NCBI GenBank assembly: GCA_900540365.1
Contig: UQFN01000001.1
Location: 103,636 to 167,635, forward strand
Origin: an uncultured Mollicutes bacterium
GTDB lineage: Bacteria; Bacillota_I; Bacilli_A; RFN20; CAG-826
DNA: 64,000 nucleotides
Direction: 5' to 3'
The position numbers and the translations under genes were made by a program. Below the pieces are notes generated by a model that did no database searches, was not told the origin of the DNA, and saw only the letters and a list, made by a program, of their open reading frames with translations. Of this stretch, positions 46,427-57,021 are shown piece after piece (position 1 is the stretch's first letter; each line of letters begins with the position of its first letter).

Positions 46427-47331
46427 AACAAGATGCGATTAAATTATTCTATTTAACTTCACGTAATCTAAAGCTTTATTTTAAAGATAAAATGGTATTT
46501 TTGGTTTCTTTAATTACACCAATGATCCTTTTAGTTTTATTTATAACTTTTCTTAAAAGAACATACGAAGCTTCGATTATTGAAACTATCGGTTCTTTTA
46601 CATTAAGTGATGAATTATTAAACGCATTTAGTGGTGGATGGCTTTTCTCTTCGGTTTTATCAACCTCTTGTGTTACAGTTTCCTTTTGTTCAGGGATGAT
46701 GACGCTTGATAAAGTTAGCGGTGCTGATATCGATTTTAAAGTAATGCCAATTAAAAAATCTATTGTAACTTTTAGCTATGTATTTGCTAATTATCTCGCT
46801 ACATTAATTGTCTGTTTTATCCTTTTAATTATCGGCTTTATTTATTTAGGAATTGTTGGATTTTATCTAAGTTTTGTGGACATTTTAATTGTAATTGCAA
46901 ATATTTTACTAACAAGTTTATTTTCAACAATAATCGCAAATATTATATGGACTTTTACCAAAACCCAAGGCGTTGTTAGTGGGATTTGCACATTGCTCTC
47001 AGCTTTATATGGGTTTATTTGTGGAGCCTATATGCCAATAAATTCCATGGGTGAAGGCTTTGCAAAATTTACATCTTTTCTACCAGGAACCTACTCAACA
47101 GTTATCTTTCGAAAAGGATTTTTAAATAATGTTTTAAGCGAAATGAAAGAAACATTACCTGAAGAAATGGTTAACGGAATTGCAAATGGTTTTGATGTTA
47201 ATTATTCATTTTTTAAGCATGACATAAGCCTTTGGATGATGTTTTTGATTTCTATAATCTCGGTTGTTATTGCGTGTATCGCTTTACTTCTAGTTACGTA
47301 TTTAAAGGATAAAACAAAATTAAAGAAATAA
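46423..47331 (+). CDS. ABC-2 type transporter permease
   Basis: 302 aa with about 6 TM helices. ATGA overlap with the ATPase gene. Confidence 0.75.
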   Translation: MKQDAIKLFYLTSRNLKLYFKDKMVFLVSLITPMILLVLFITFLKRTYEASIIETIGSFTLSDELLNAFSGGWLFSSVLSTSCVTVSFCSGMMTLDKVSGADIDFKVMPIKKSIVTFSYVFANYLATLIVCFILLIIGFIYLGIVGFYLSFVDILIVIANILLTSLFSTIIANIIWTFTKTQGVVSGICTLLSALYGFICGAYMPINSMGEGFAKFTSFLPGTYSTVIFRKGFLNNVLSEMKETLPEEMVNGIANGFDVNYSFFKHDISLWMMFLISIISVVIACIALLLVTYLKDKTKLKK

Positions 47332-47441
47332 TTTTTAAAGCGATTTAATTGTCTAAATATTAAATTTAGTGTTACAAGCTGATAAAAATTTTAAGTTTGT
47401 AACACATATTTGAAATATTTGGCATAATCAAAATAGAATAA

Positions 47442-47744
47442 AATAAGTATATTAAAAGAGAATATTATTTAGAGATAATTAGAAGATATTACGACCCAAA
47501 CTTAATTAAAGTGCTTAGTGGAGTAAGAAGATGTGGGAAAAGTGTTTTACTTTTGCAAATTAAAGATGAAATACTTTATCTTGGCAAAGCAAATGAAGAA
47601 CATATCATTTTTATAAATTTAGAAGATTTTAAATTTATGTCTTTAAATAATGCAAATAAATTAAATTCCTACATAAATAAACTAATTAAAGACGATAAGA
47701 AGTATTTTATTTTTATTGATGAAATTCAACATATTAATCAATAA
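47442..47744 (+). pseudogene. Truncated N-terminal remnant of a second COG1373 AAA ATPase
   Basis: The in-frame stretch NKYIKREYYLEIIRRYYDPNLIKVLSGVRRCGKSVLL...FIFIDEIQHINQ* has no ATG at the ancestral start (ATT at 47451). It stops right after Walker B, whereas full-length relatives are about 400 aa. Confidence 0.6.
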
Positions 47745-47821
47745 TAATTTATATATCATTTGATGTTTTAACTAACAGAAATTTATTAAATGTGATAAAT
47801 TTAATAGTCGTAGTGGTTTTT

Positions 47822-49125
<1,304 letters not shown>

Positions 49126-49129
<4 letters not shown>

Positions 49130-50403
49130 AAAGTATTTTAGTTTTAGGTAGTCAATGGGGCGATGAAGGAAAAGGTAAGGTAACTAATTTATATTCTTCT
49201 AAAGCTGATATTGTTGTAAGATATCAAGGAGGAAATAATGCTGGACATACTGTTAAATTTAATGGTTTAGAGTTTCATTTACAAACTATACCAAGCGGGA
49301 TATTTAATAAAAATACTTTAAATATATTAGGTAATGGAATGGTTATAAATCCATTAGCGTTATATCAAGAAATGCAAACATTAATTAATGCTGGATTTGA
49401 TTGTTCGAATTTAGTGATATCATCAAGAGCTCACGTAGATCTTGATTATCATTTAGTTCTTGATGGTTTAAATGAAATAAATTTAAAGGAAAATAAAATT
49501 GGTACGACAAAAAAAGGAATTGGCCCATGTTATACTGATAAAATATCTAGATTCGGTATAAGATTTTGTGATTTTATTAGTGAAAAATTTCCATTAATTT
49601 ATAAAAGACATTTAGAGGTTAAAAACGAAGAAATAAGTCGTTTAAATGGTGAAACTTTAGATTATGAAACTTCATTAAATAAATATTTGGAGATTATAGA
49701 TTTTTTAAAACCATTTGTAAAAGATACTGTTAGTATATTAGCTAAAGCCAAAGAAGAAAATAAAAAGATTTTATTTGAAGGCGCTCAAGGTACGATGCTA
49801 GATGTTGATTTTGGGACTTATCCTTATGTTACTAGTTCAAGTTGTACTAGTGGTGGAGCTATTAGTGGAAGTGGAATTGGTTTGAATTATATTGAAGGAG
49901 TAGTTGGAATTATTAAAGCATATACTACTAGAGTTGGAGAAGGACCTTTTGTTACCGAACTTTTTAATGACACTGCTAGTTTAATTAGAGAAAAAGCCCA
50001 TGAATATGGAGTTGTAACAAAAAGACCACGTCGAATTGGTTGGTTAGATTTAGTCCAGTTAAAATATTCTTGTAATGTTAATGGAACAAAATATGGTGCC
50101 TTAATGTTATTAGATATTTTAGGAAATATAGGTGATATTGAGGTTTGTACTCAATATGAATTAGATGGTAAAGTAATTGATTATTTCCCGGCCTCTTTAA
50201 ATGAATTAGTTCGAGTTAAACCTATATATAAAACATTTAAAGGACGGGATGAAGATATAAGTAAAATAAAAACTTATGAAGAATTACCACTAAATGCAAG
50301 AAATTATATTGAATTTATTGAAAAATATTTAGGAATTAAGATTGTAGTTATTTCTGTAGGTCCAGATCAAAAAGAAACAATTATCCGTGAAGAAGTTTTT
50401 TAA
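49126..50403 (+). CDS. purA: Adenylosuccinate synthetase
   Basis: GSQWGDEGKGK, GGNNAGHT, and GTTKKGIGP. Confidence 0.95.
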
Positions 50404-50479
50404 AATACATTTAAATTAAAATAAATTTATATATTTAATATATTAACAAGCACATTAAATAGGAGTAGAATAACCAATT

Positions 50480-51784
50480 GTGATTGCGGCGATTGTTATT
50501 TCTATTTTATCTATTGTTGGAATGATTTGCTTAGTCTTGTTCTTTCCAGTTATTAAAATTAAAAAGGTTCAAATACAAACCTTCTGGTTTGCACCATTAA
50601 TTGGATCTATTTTACTTTTATCTTTTGGTTTAGTAGATTCAAATTTAGTTTTTTCATCATTAATTGCTCCAACAAGTGTTAATCCACTTGAGATTTTAGC
50701 AATTTTTATTTCGATGGTTTTTATTAGTGTAGTTTTAGATGAAGTTGGATTTTTTAAATATTTAGCCTCTGTTGCAGTTAAAAAAGCTAAAAATTCTCAA
50801 TTATCGATGTTTATTTTGTTATATTTTGTAGCTTCAATTTTAACTATTTTTACATCTAACGATATTATTGTAATTACTTTTACACCATTTATTATTTTCT
50901 TTTGTAAAAATACCAAAATTAATCCACTACCTTATTTAGTAGGAGAATTTGTTGGAGCAAATACTTGGTCAATGTTATTAATAATTGGTAATCCAACAAA
51001 CATTTATTTAGCTTCTTCGTTCAATATTGATTTTCTTGAATATATTACATACATGGCTTTACCAACGATATTTGCTGGACTTACTTCATTAGGAGTTATG
51101 CTTTTATTATTTAGAAAATATTTTAAAGTTCCCTTAGCAAATACATTAGAAGAAGATCATATATTAGATAAAAAAATATTTATTGTATCTTTAGTTTTAT
51201 TAATAAGTTGTATTATTTTACTATCTATTAGTTCGTGGGTTGGATTAAAAATGTGGATTATAGCTTTTGTTTCTGGCTGTAGTTTATTGATTTTTATTAT
51301 TGTATATTGCTTCTTTAAAAGACAAGAAATGTTTATTTTAAAAGAATCAATTTCTCGAATTCCTTTAAATCTAATTCCGTTACTTTTATCAATGTTTGTA
51401 ATTGTTTTAACTTTACATTCTTATGATATTAGTAAATATATATTTGATTTATTAAATAGCAATAACTTAATTTTAACTTATGGAACTTCTGGTTTTGTAA
51501 TTGCTAACTTAATTAATAATATTCCAATGAGTGTTTTGTATGTAGATATAATTGAAAATTTTGAAGTTGTGTCTAAGGAAGCAATTTTTGCAAGTGTTAT
51601 AAGTTCAAATATTTCAGCATTTTTTACTCCAATTGGAGCTTTAGCTGGTATGATGTGGATGGGCATATTAAAGAAGAATAATGTTCCGTTTTCATTTGGT
51701 AAGTTTTGTTTATATGGAGTAATTATAAGTGTGCCGACATTATTTGCTTCTTTAGGTGGTTTATATTTAAGTTTTTTAATTTGA
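50480..51784 (+). CDS. ArsB/NhaD-superfamily (citrate-transporter-like) permease
   Basis: 434 aa with about 11-12 TM helices and an internal two-fold repeat pattern. GTG start. Confidence 0.6.
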   Translation: MIAAIVISILSIVGMICLVLFFPVIKIKKVQIQTFWFAPLIGSILLLSFGLVDSNLVFSSLIAPTSVNPLEILAIFISMVFISVVLDEVGFFKYLASVAVKKAKNSQLSMFILLYFVASILTIFTSNDIIVITFTPFIIFFCKNTKINPLPYLVGEFVGANTWSMLLIIGNPTNIYLASSFNIDFLEYITYMALPTIFAGLTSLGVMLLLFRKYFKVPLANTLEEDHILDKKIFIVSLVLLISCIILLSISSWVGLKMWIIAFVSGCSLLIFIIVYCFFKRQEMFILKESISRIPLNLIPLLLSMFVIVLTLHSYDISKYIFDLLNSNNLILTYGTSGFVIANLINNIPMSVLYVDIIENFEVVSKEAIFASVISSNISAFFTPIGALAGMMWMGILKKNNVPFSFGKFCLYGVIISVPTLFASLGGLYLSFLI

Positions 51785-51934
51785 CCTTAGTTTTGCAGGG
51801 TTTTTTCTAAAAATAACGATTTTTTTAAATTAAAATAATATTTTTAAATGTTTTTATGGTACTTTTTTATTAGATTTTTTCATAATATTTAAAAAATATT
51901 TATTTGATATTTTAATTTTTTAATTTAATTTAGA

Positions 51935-51955
51935 TTAATTCCTCAAAGGAATTAA
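51935..51955. promoter_or_regulatory. Inverted repeat overlapping the -35 region of the glcK operon promoter
   Basis: TTAATTCCT-caa-AGGAATTAA lies 9 nt upstream of the extended -10 TGTTATAAT (51962-51970). Confidence 0.45.
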
Positions 51956-52004
51956 TATTTATGTTATAATTTCTTACGTAATTAATTAAAAGGGACTATT
52001 TGAT

Positions 52005-52961
52005 ATGGAAAAGGTAAATATTGGAGTAGATATTGGCGGAATGTCATTAAAGGCAGGGCTAGTTAATAAAGAAGGAAAAATTCTTTATAAAGAGACTATT
52101 AAGACTGATGTTAATAAGGGTGATAAATATTTTTTAGAATGCCTACATACCTTAATAGCTAACTTAATTAAGTATGCTAAAAATAATTCTTTAGAAGTTA
52201 ATGGTATTGGTCTTGGAGTACCTGGAATTGTTAATAATGATTTAAAAACTATGGAATATGCTCCAAATTTAAAAATAGAGAACTTATCTTTAAAAGATGC
52301 TTTAAAAGATTTTAATCTTCCTTTTTCTTTATCTAATGATGCAAATTGTGCAGCCTTAGCTGAACAAAAATTTGGAATCGCAAAAGGTTATAAAAACGTA
52401 ATTTTATTAACTTTAGGTACAGGAGTTGGTGGTGGAATCGTTATTGATAACAATTTATTTGAAGGAACTTCTGGCCAAGGTGCTGAACTTGGACATATGG
52501 TTATTAGATTAAATGGAAGAAAATGTGGTTGTGGTAGAAAAGGGTGCTTTGAAGCATATGCAAGCGCTTCGGCATTATTAAGATTAACGAAAGAAGAAAT
52601 GAAAAAGAATCCTCGCTCCTTAATGTGGGAATACGCTGATTTTAATCTTAACAATGTTAATGGTCTAACTTCTTTTGAATGTGCTAAAAAAGGTGATTTA
52701 TCTGCTAATAATGTTGTTAATAAATATGTTTATTATTTAGGAGAAGGAATTTTAAATTTCTGTAATATTTTTAGACCTGAAGTAGTTGTTTTAGGCGGAG
52801 GAGTTTCTAATCAAAAAGAATTTTTAATTTCAAAAGTAAAAAAATATTTAGAAGAAAATCATTATGGATTTAAGAAAACAAGAAGTGTTGATGTTTTAAT
52901 TGCATCTCTTGGTAATGATGCAGGGATAATTGGCGCTGCAAGTTTAATTTCGGTTGAATAA
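52005..52961 (+). CDS. glcK: ROK-family glucokinase
   Basis: GVDIGGMS N-terminus and ROK zinc motif CGCGRKGCFEAYAS. No N-terminal HTH. Confidence 0.85.
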   Translation: MEKVNIGVDIGGMSLKAGLVNKEGKILYKETIKTDVNKGDKYFLECLHTLIANLIKYAKNNSLEVNGIGLGVPGIVNNDLKTMEYAPNLKIENLSLKDALKDFNLPFSLSNDANCAALAEQKFGIAKGYKNVILLTLGTGVGGGIVIDNNLFEGTSGQGAELGHMVIRLNGRKCGCGRKGCFEAYASASALLRLTKEEMKKNPRSLMWEYADFNLNNVNGLTSFECAKKGDLSANNVVNKYVYYLGEGILNFCNIFRPEVVVLGGGVSNQKEFLISKVKKYLEENHYGFKKTRSVDVLIASLGNDAGIIGAASLISVE

Positions 52962-53892
52962 GATGAATAAAAATTATAAAGAAAATTTAAAATCAAGAAA
53001 TATTAAGTTTGATTCTTCTAAAAAGAAATTAGACATCAAGGAATATGTTGTTAGACATGATTCTTTACTTTTAGATTACTTAATTAATGATTTAGGTTAT
53101 AGCCGAAATAACGCTAAAAAATTACTCTCTAATAAATTAATTTCTATTGAGGGAGCACCTGTTTCCCAATTTGATTTTAAATTATTCAAAGGAGATAATT
53201 TAATTATTTCAAAAAAAAGAATTAAAACTAAACAAAGAAAGAACTTACCAATAATATTTGAAAACGATGAAATTATCGTCATTAATAAACCTGCTGGATT
53301 ACTTTCGATTGCTAGTGATAAAGAAAAAAGCAGCACTGCCTATCGAATGGTTATGGATTATTTACAATCAAAAGATAAGCATAATAGAATTTTTGTTGTT
53401 CATCGATTAGATAAAGAAACTAGCGGGATATTAATGTTTGCAAAAAACGAAACTATAAGAGATGAATTACAAAATAATTGGAATGATTTAGTTATTTCAA
53501 GAGGATATTATGCAATTTGTGAAGGAATTTTTGATAAGAAAGAAGATCATGTCGTTAATTATTTAAAAATGAATAGTTTAAATTTAATGTATGTTACTAA
53601 AAATGTTAAAGACTCACAAAAATGTATTACCGATTATAAAGTTATAAAAGAAAATAAGAATTATTCTTTATTAGATGTTCATATTTTCACTGGAAGAAAA
53701 AATCAAATTCGTGTTACATTAGGAAACTTAAATCATTATGTGTTAGGTGATGACAAATATGGATCACCTGAAAATCCTATTAATAGATTATGTTTGCATG
53801 CTTATGAATTAAAGTTTAAACATCCAAATTCTAAAAAAATATTTGAGTTTAAGACGGTTTTGCCACCAGAAATGGAGAATTTAATGAAATGA
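52954..53892 (+). CDS. RluA-family pseudouridine synthase with an N-terminal S4-like domain
   Basis: Catalytic motif HRLDKETSGILMFAK. Confidence 0.85.
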   Translation: MNKMNKNYKENLKSRNIKFDSSKKKLDIKEYVVRHDSLLLDYLINDLGYSRNNAKKLLSNKLISIEGAPVSQFDFKLFKGDNLIISKKRIKTKQRKNLPIIFENDEIIVINKPAGLLSIASDKEKSSTAYRMVMDYLQSKDKHNRIFVVHRLDKETSGILMFAKNETIRDELQNNWNDLVISRGYYAICEGIFDKKEDHVVNYLKMNSLNLMYVTKNVKDSQKCITDYKVIKENKNYSLLDVHIFTGRKNQIRVTLGNLNHYVLGDDKYGSPENPINRLCLHAYELKFKHPNSKKIFEFKTVLPPEMENLMK

Positions 53893-55445
53893 AAACATCG
53901 TTAAAATTATTATATGATAAATTGTTAGAAGCTTTTGTTTCGGTTGTTCCTATTGTGGCGATTGTTTTATTAATATTTGGATTACAATTCACAAGTGCTT
54001 TTCCAAATAACAATGTCATAAGTACAAATACTCTTTTAATTTTTATTGCCTCAATGATTACTTTAGCTTTAGGAATGGGTTTATTTACCTTAGGCAGTGA
54101 AAAATCTATGACTAAAGTTGGAATGCATATAGGTAGTTCAATTACTAAAAAACAATCGATAGTATTAATTGTTATAGTTTCTTTTGCCCTAGGTTTAATG
54201 ATAACAATTGCTGAACCTGACTTAACTGTCTTAGGTGATTTTGTAAGTGCAAATGGAATTATTAATTCATGGATTTTTAAACTTTGTATTGGTATTGGTG
54301 TTGGTATTTTTTTAGTAATAGGATTATTAAGAATTATTTTTCAAAAATCATTAAAATTATGGCTAATTTTCTTTTATGCTTTAATTTTTGGACTTGCTTG
54401 TCTATTAGGCAGTAACGGAAGCGCAATATGTGAGATTAGCTTTGATAGTAGCGGAGTTACTACTGGGCCAGTAACTGTTCCTTTCTTATTAACTTTTGGA
54501 GCTGGTGTTGCTAGTGTTCGTGGTGGTAAAAATAGTAGTGGAGACTCATTTGGTGTAACTGGATTATGTTCAATAGGTCCTATAATTATGTCATTACTTA
54601 TCTTTTTACCAATGCAAAATAGTGAAATTTTTGCCACTTTTAAAAACGAATTAAATACTTCTCCAGTTTTTATAAATGTATTAAGTAATGTGCTTTTAGA
54701 AGTACTAATAGCAATTTTGCCAATAGTATGTTTCTTTTATATTTATAATTTCATTTTTATAAAATTAAGTGTAAAAGAACTTATTAAAATAGGAATTGGT
54801 TTTTTATATACATATTTTGGATTGGTAATCTTTTTAGTAAGTGCGAAGGTGGGTTTGATTCCTCTTGCTAGTGAGCTAAGTAAAAATATTTTGTTAGGAG
54901 GAGAATCATATTATTACTTATTTATAATAATTGCCATTCTTGTAGGATGCTTTATTGTTTTAGCTGAACCTTCTGTCCATATTTTAGTTGAACAAGTCGA
55001 AGAAATTAGTGGTCGTTCAATTACTAAATGGAGTATTTTAATAAGTTTATCGGTTGGCGTTAGTTTAGCAATAGTTCTAGCAGTTGTAAGGATTGTTTAT
55101 GGAAATAACTTTAGCATAATGTATTATTATGTTCCTTTATTTTTGTTAGCTTTAGCATTAACTTTCTTTGTACCTGATATTTATGCTGCAATAGCTTTTG
55201 ATAGCGGTGGAGTTGCTAGTGGTACAATGGCGAGTTGTTTTGTCCTACCTTTTATAATCGGAATAGGGAGTAATAATGATTCTGTTAGTGGTTTTGGAGT
55301 TATTGGATTAATTGCAGTTGTTCCTATTATTTCTATTCAAGTTTTAGGTATTGTGGCTTCGCTTAAAGAGAAATATATTTTATTTACAGCTAGAAAACGT
55401 TTAATCGAAGAAAACGATGAACAAATTATTGTTTTTAAGGAGTAA
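53889..55445 (+). CDS. DUF1538-like polytopic membrane protein (internally duplicated)
   Basis: Two repeats carrying FDSSGVTTGPVTVPF and FDSGGVASGTMAS. ATGA overlap with the upstream gene and PII-like genes downstream. Confidence 0.55.
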   Translation: MKTSLKLLYDKLLEAFVSVVPIVAIVLLIFGLQFTSAFPNNNVISTNTLLIFIASMITLALGMGLFTLGSEKSMTKVGMHIGSSITKKQSIVLIVIVSFALGLMITIAEPDLTVLGDFVSANGIINSWIFKLCIGIGVGIFLVIGLLRIIFQKSLKLWLIFFYALIFGLACLLGSNGSAICEISFDSSGVTTGPVTVPFLLTFGAGVASVRGGKNSSGDSFGVTGLCSIGPIIMSLLIFLPMQNSEIFATFKNELNTSPVFINVLSNVLLEVLIAILPIVCFFYIYNFIFIKLSVKELIKIGIGFLYTYFGLVIFLVSAKVGLIPLASELSKNILLGGESYYYLFIIIAILVGCFIVLAEPSVHILVEQVEEISGRSITKWSILISLSVGVSLAIVLAVVRIVYGNNFSIMYYYVPLFLLALALTFFVPDIYAAIAFDSGGVASGTMASCFVLPFIIGIGSNNDSVSGFGVIGLIAVVPIISIQVLGIVASLKEKYILFTARKRLIEENDEQIIVFKE

Positions 55446-55447
55446 TT

Positions 55448-55876
55448 ATGGTTAAAAGAATTAATAAAAACATTACTAAACCAAAACAAAATACTTTAGA
55501 TTATTCAAAAGAATATGAAGTATCTCCTTTAAAACTATTAATCATAATAGTAAATAAATATCAAGGCGATTATTATCTTGATTTACTTATTAAAAAACAT
55601 AATGTTGCTGCTGCCTTTTTATGCAATGGTCATGGAACTGCAACTAGAGATATTTATGATTTATTAAATATTTCAGAAAATAAAAAAGATGTTGTAATTG
55701 CTCTTGTTAAAAGTAATCAAGTAGATATAGTTTTAAGCAAAATATTAGAAAGATTTAACGTTTCAAAAAACGCTAAAGGAATTGCTTTTACAATCAAACT
55801 AGATTCAATAATAGGAGTATTAACGTATCGATTCTTTACAGATACTAAACAAAATATTAAAAAAGAGGTGAAATAA
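55448..55876 (+). CDS. PII-like (GlnB-superfamily) protein, divergent
   Basis: 142 aa with a beta-alpha-beta pattern (LLIIIVNKYQGDYYLDLL...VVIALV...GIAFTIKLDS). Confidence 0.5.
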   Translation: MVKRINKNITKPKQNTLDYSKEYEVSPLKLLIIIVNKYQGDYYLDLLIKKHNVAAAFLCNGHGTATRDIYDLLNISENKKDVVIALVKSNQVDIVLSKILERFNVSKNAKGIAFTIKLDSIIGVLTYRFFTDTKQNIKKEVK

Positions 55877-56214
55877 TGGAAAAGACTTATAGTTTAATTG
55901 TTGCAATTGTTAATAATGGATATACCGATTTAGTTATGGAAGGAGCTAGACAAGGTGGAGCCAAAGGTGGAACTGTTTTAACAGCTCGTGGAACTGGGAA
56001 TATTGATTTAGAAAAATTTTATGGAATTCCAATTCAAAAAGATAAAGAAATGGTTTTGATAATTGTTGAAAACGAAGTTAAAGATGAATGCTTAAAAAAT
56101 ATTTATAAAACAGCTGGACTTGAAACTAAAGGTCAAGGAATTGCTTTTACCTTACCAGTAGATAATATTGTTGGTTTAAGTAGCGATACTGAAAATGAAT
56201 CAGTCAATGAATAA
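55876..56214 (+). CDS. PII-like (GlnB-superfamily) protein
   Basis: 112 aa: SLIVAIVNNGYTDLVMEGARQGGAKGGTVLTARGTG...MVLIIVE...GIAFTLPVD. Confidence 0.6.
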   Translation: MEKTYSLIVAIVNNGYTDLVMEGARQGGAKGGTVLTARGTGNIDLEKFYGIPIQKDKEMVLIIVENEVKDECLKNIYKTAGLETKGQGIAFTLPVDNIVGLSSDTENESVNE

Positions 56215-57021
56215 TTTTTTAATATAATTTTTATTGATTTTTAAAATAACTGAAGATGCTTTTATGGCATCTTTTTTATTTATACCTTCTTTAATTAATT
56301 CATTAACAGTATTAATAATTTCTTGATCAGAAAATTCATTAGAATTATTTTGATAACCTTCAACAAGAATTACCATTTCTCCTATAAGATTATTTAAATA
56401 TTTTTCATAATCATCTAAATTAAAACGTAAAAATTCTTCGTGAACTTTTGTTAATTCACGAGCGATTACTACTTTACGGTTTCCAAAAATTTTTTGCATT
56501 GAAGCAAGAGTTTCTTTAATTCGATGTGGTGATTCATAAAAGATTAAAGTGGCTCGAATTTTCAAAAAGCCTTTCAAAATGGCTTCTTTTTTTGAAATTT
56601 GAGGATCTAAAAAACCAATAAAATAGAAATTTGAAGTATCTAAACCACTTGCAATTAAAGCTGTTAAACTGGCACTTGGACCAGGAAGTGGAATTACATT
56701 AATATTATTTTTTATACATTCTTGAACTAACTTTAATCCTGGATCACTAATACAAGGAAGACCAGCATCACTTGCATAGCCAACATTTTTACCATTAAGT
56801 AAATCTTCAATAATTTTTTTAGAACCACTGATTTCGTTATGTTCATGCAAAGAAATTAAGCTTTTTTTAATGTTTAATAAATTTAATAATTTCAAAGTAT
56901 TTCTAGTATCTTCGCAAGCCAAATAATCTAAAGTATTTAAAACTTCAATCTCACGAAGTGTTACATCTTTTATATTTCCTAATGGTGTTGGAATTAAATA
57001 TAAATTACCTTTATTTTTCAT
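56200..57021 (-). CDS. rsmI: 16S rRNA (cytidine1402-2'-O)-methyltransferase
   Basis: GNLYLIPTPLGN start and a tetrapyrrole-methylase fold pattern. Confidence 0.9.
   Translation of the reverse strand: MKNKGNLYLIPTPLGNIKDVTLREIEVLNTLDYLACEDTRNTLKLLNLLNIKKSLISLHEHNEISGSKKIIEDLLNGKNVGYASDAGLPCISDPGLKLVQECIKNNINVIPLPGPSASLTALIASGLDTSNFYFIGFLDPQISKKEAILKGFLKIRATLIFYESPHRIKETLASMQKIFGNRKVVIARELTKVHEEFLRFNLDDYEKYLNNLIGEMVILVEGYQNNSNEFSDQEIINTVNELIKEGINKKDAIKASSVILKINKNYIKKLFID

Noticed and set aside
39528-47791. Intact prophage or ICE integrated at ssrA
   Set aside because: There is no integrase, excisionase, capsid, tail, terminase, relaxase or T4SS gene. I also found no long duplication of the ssrA 3' end. 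At best these are remnants and cargo.
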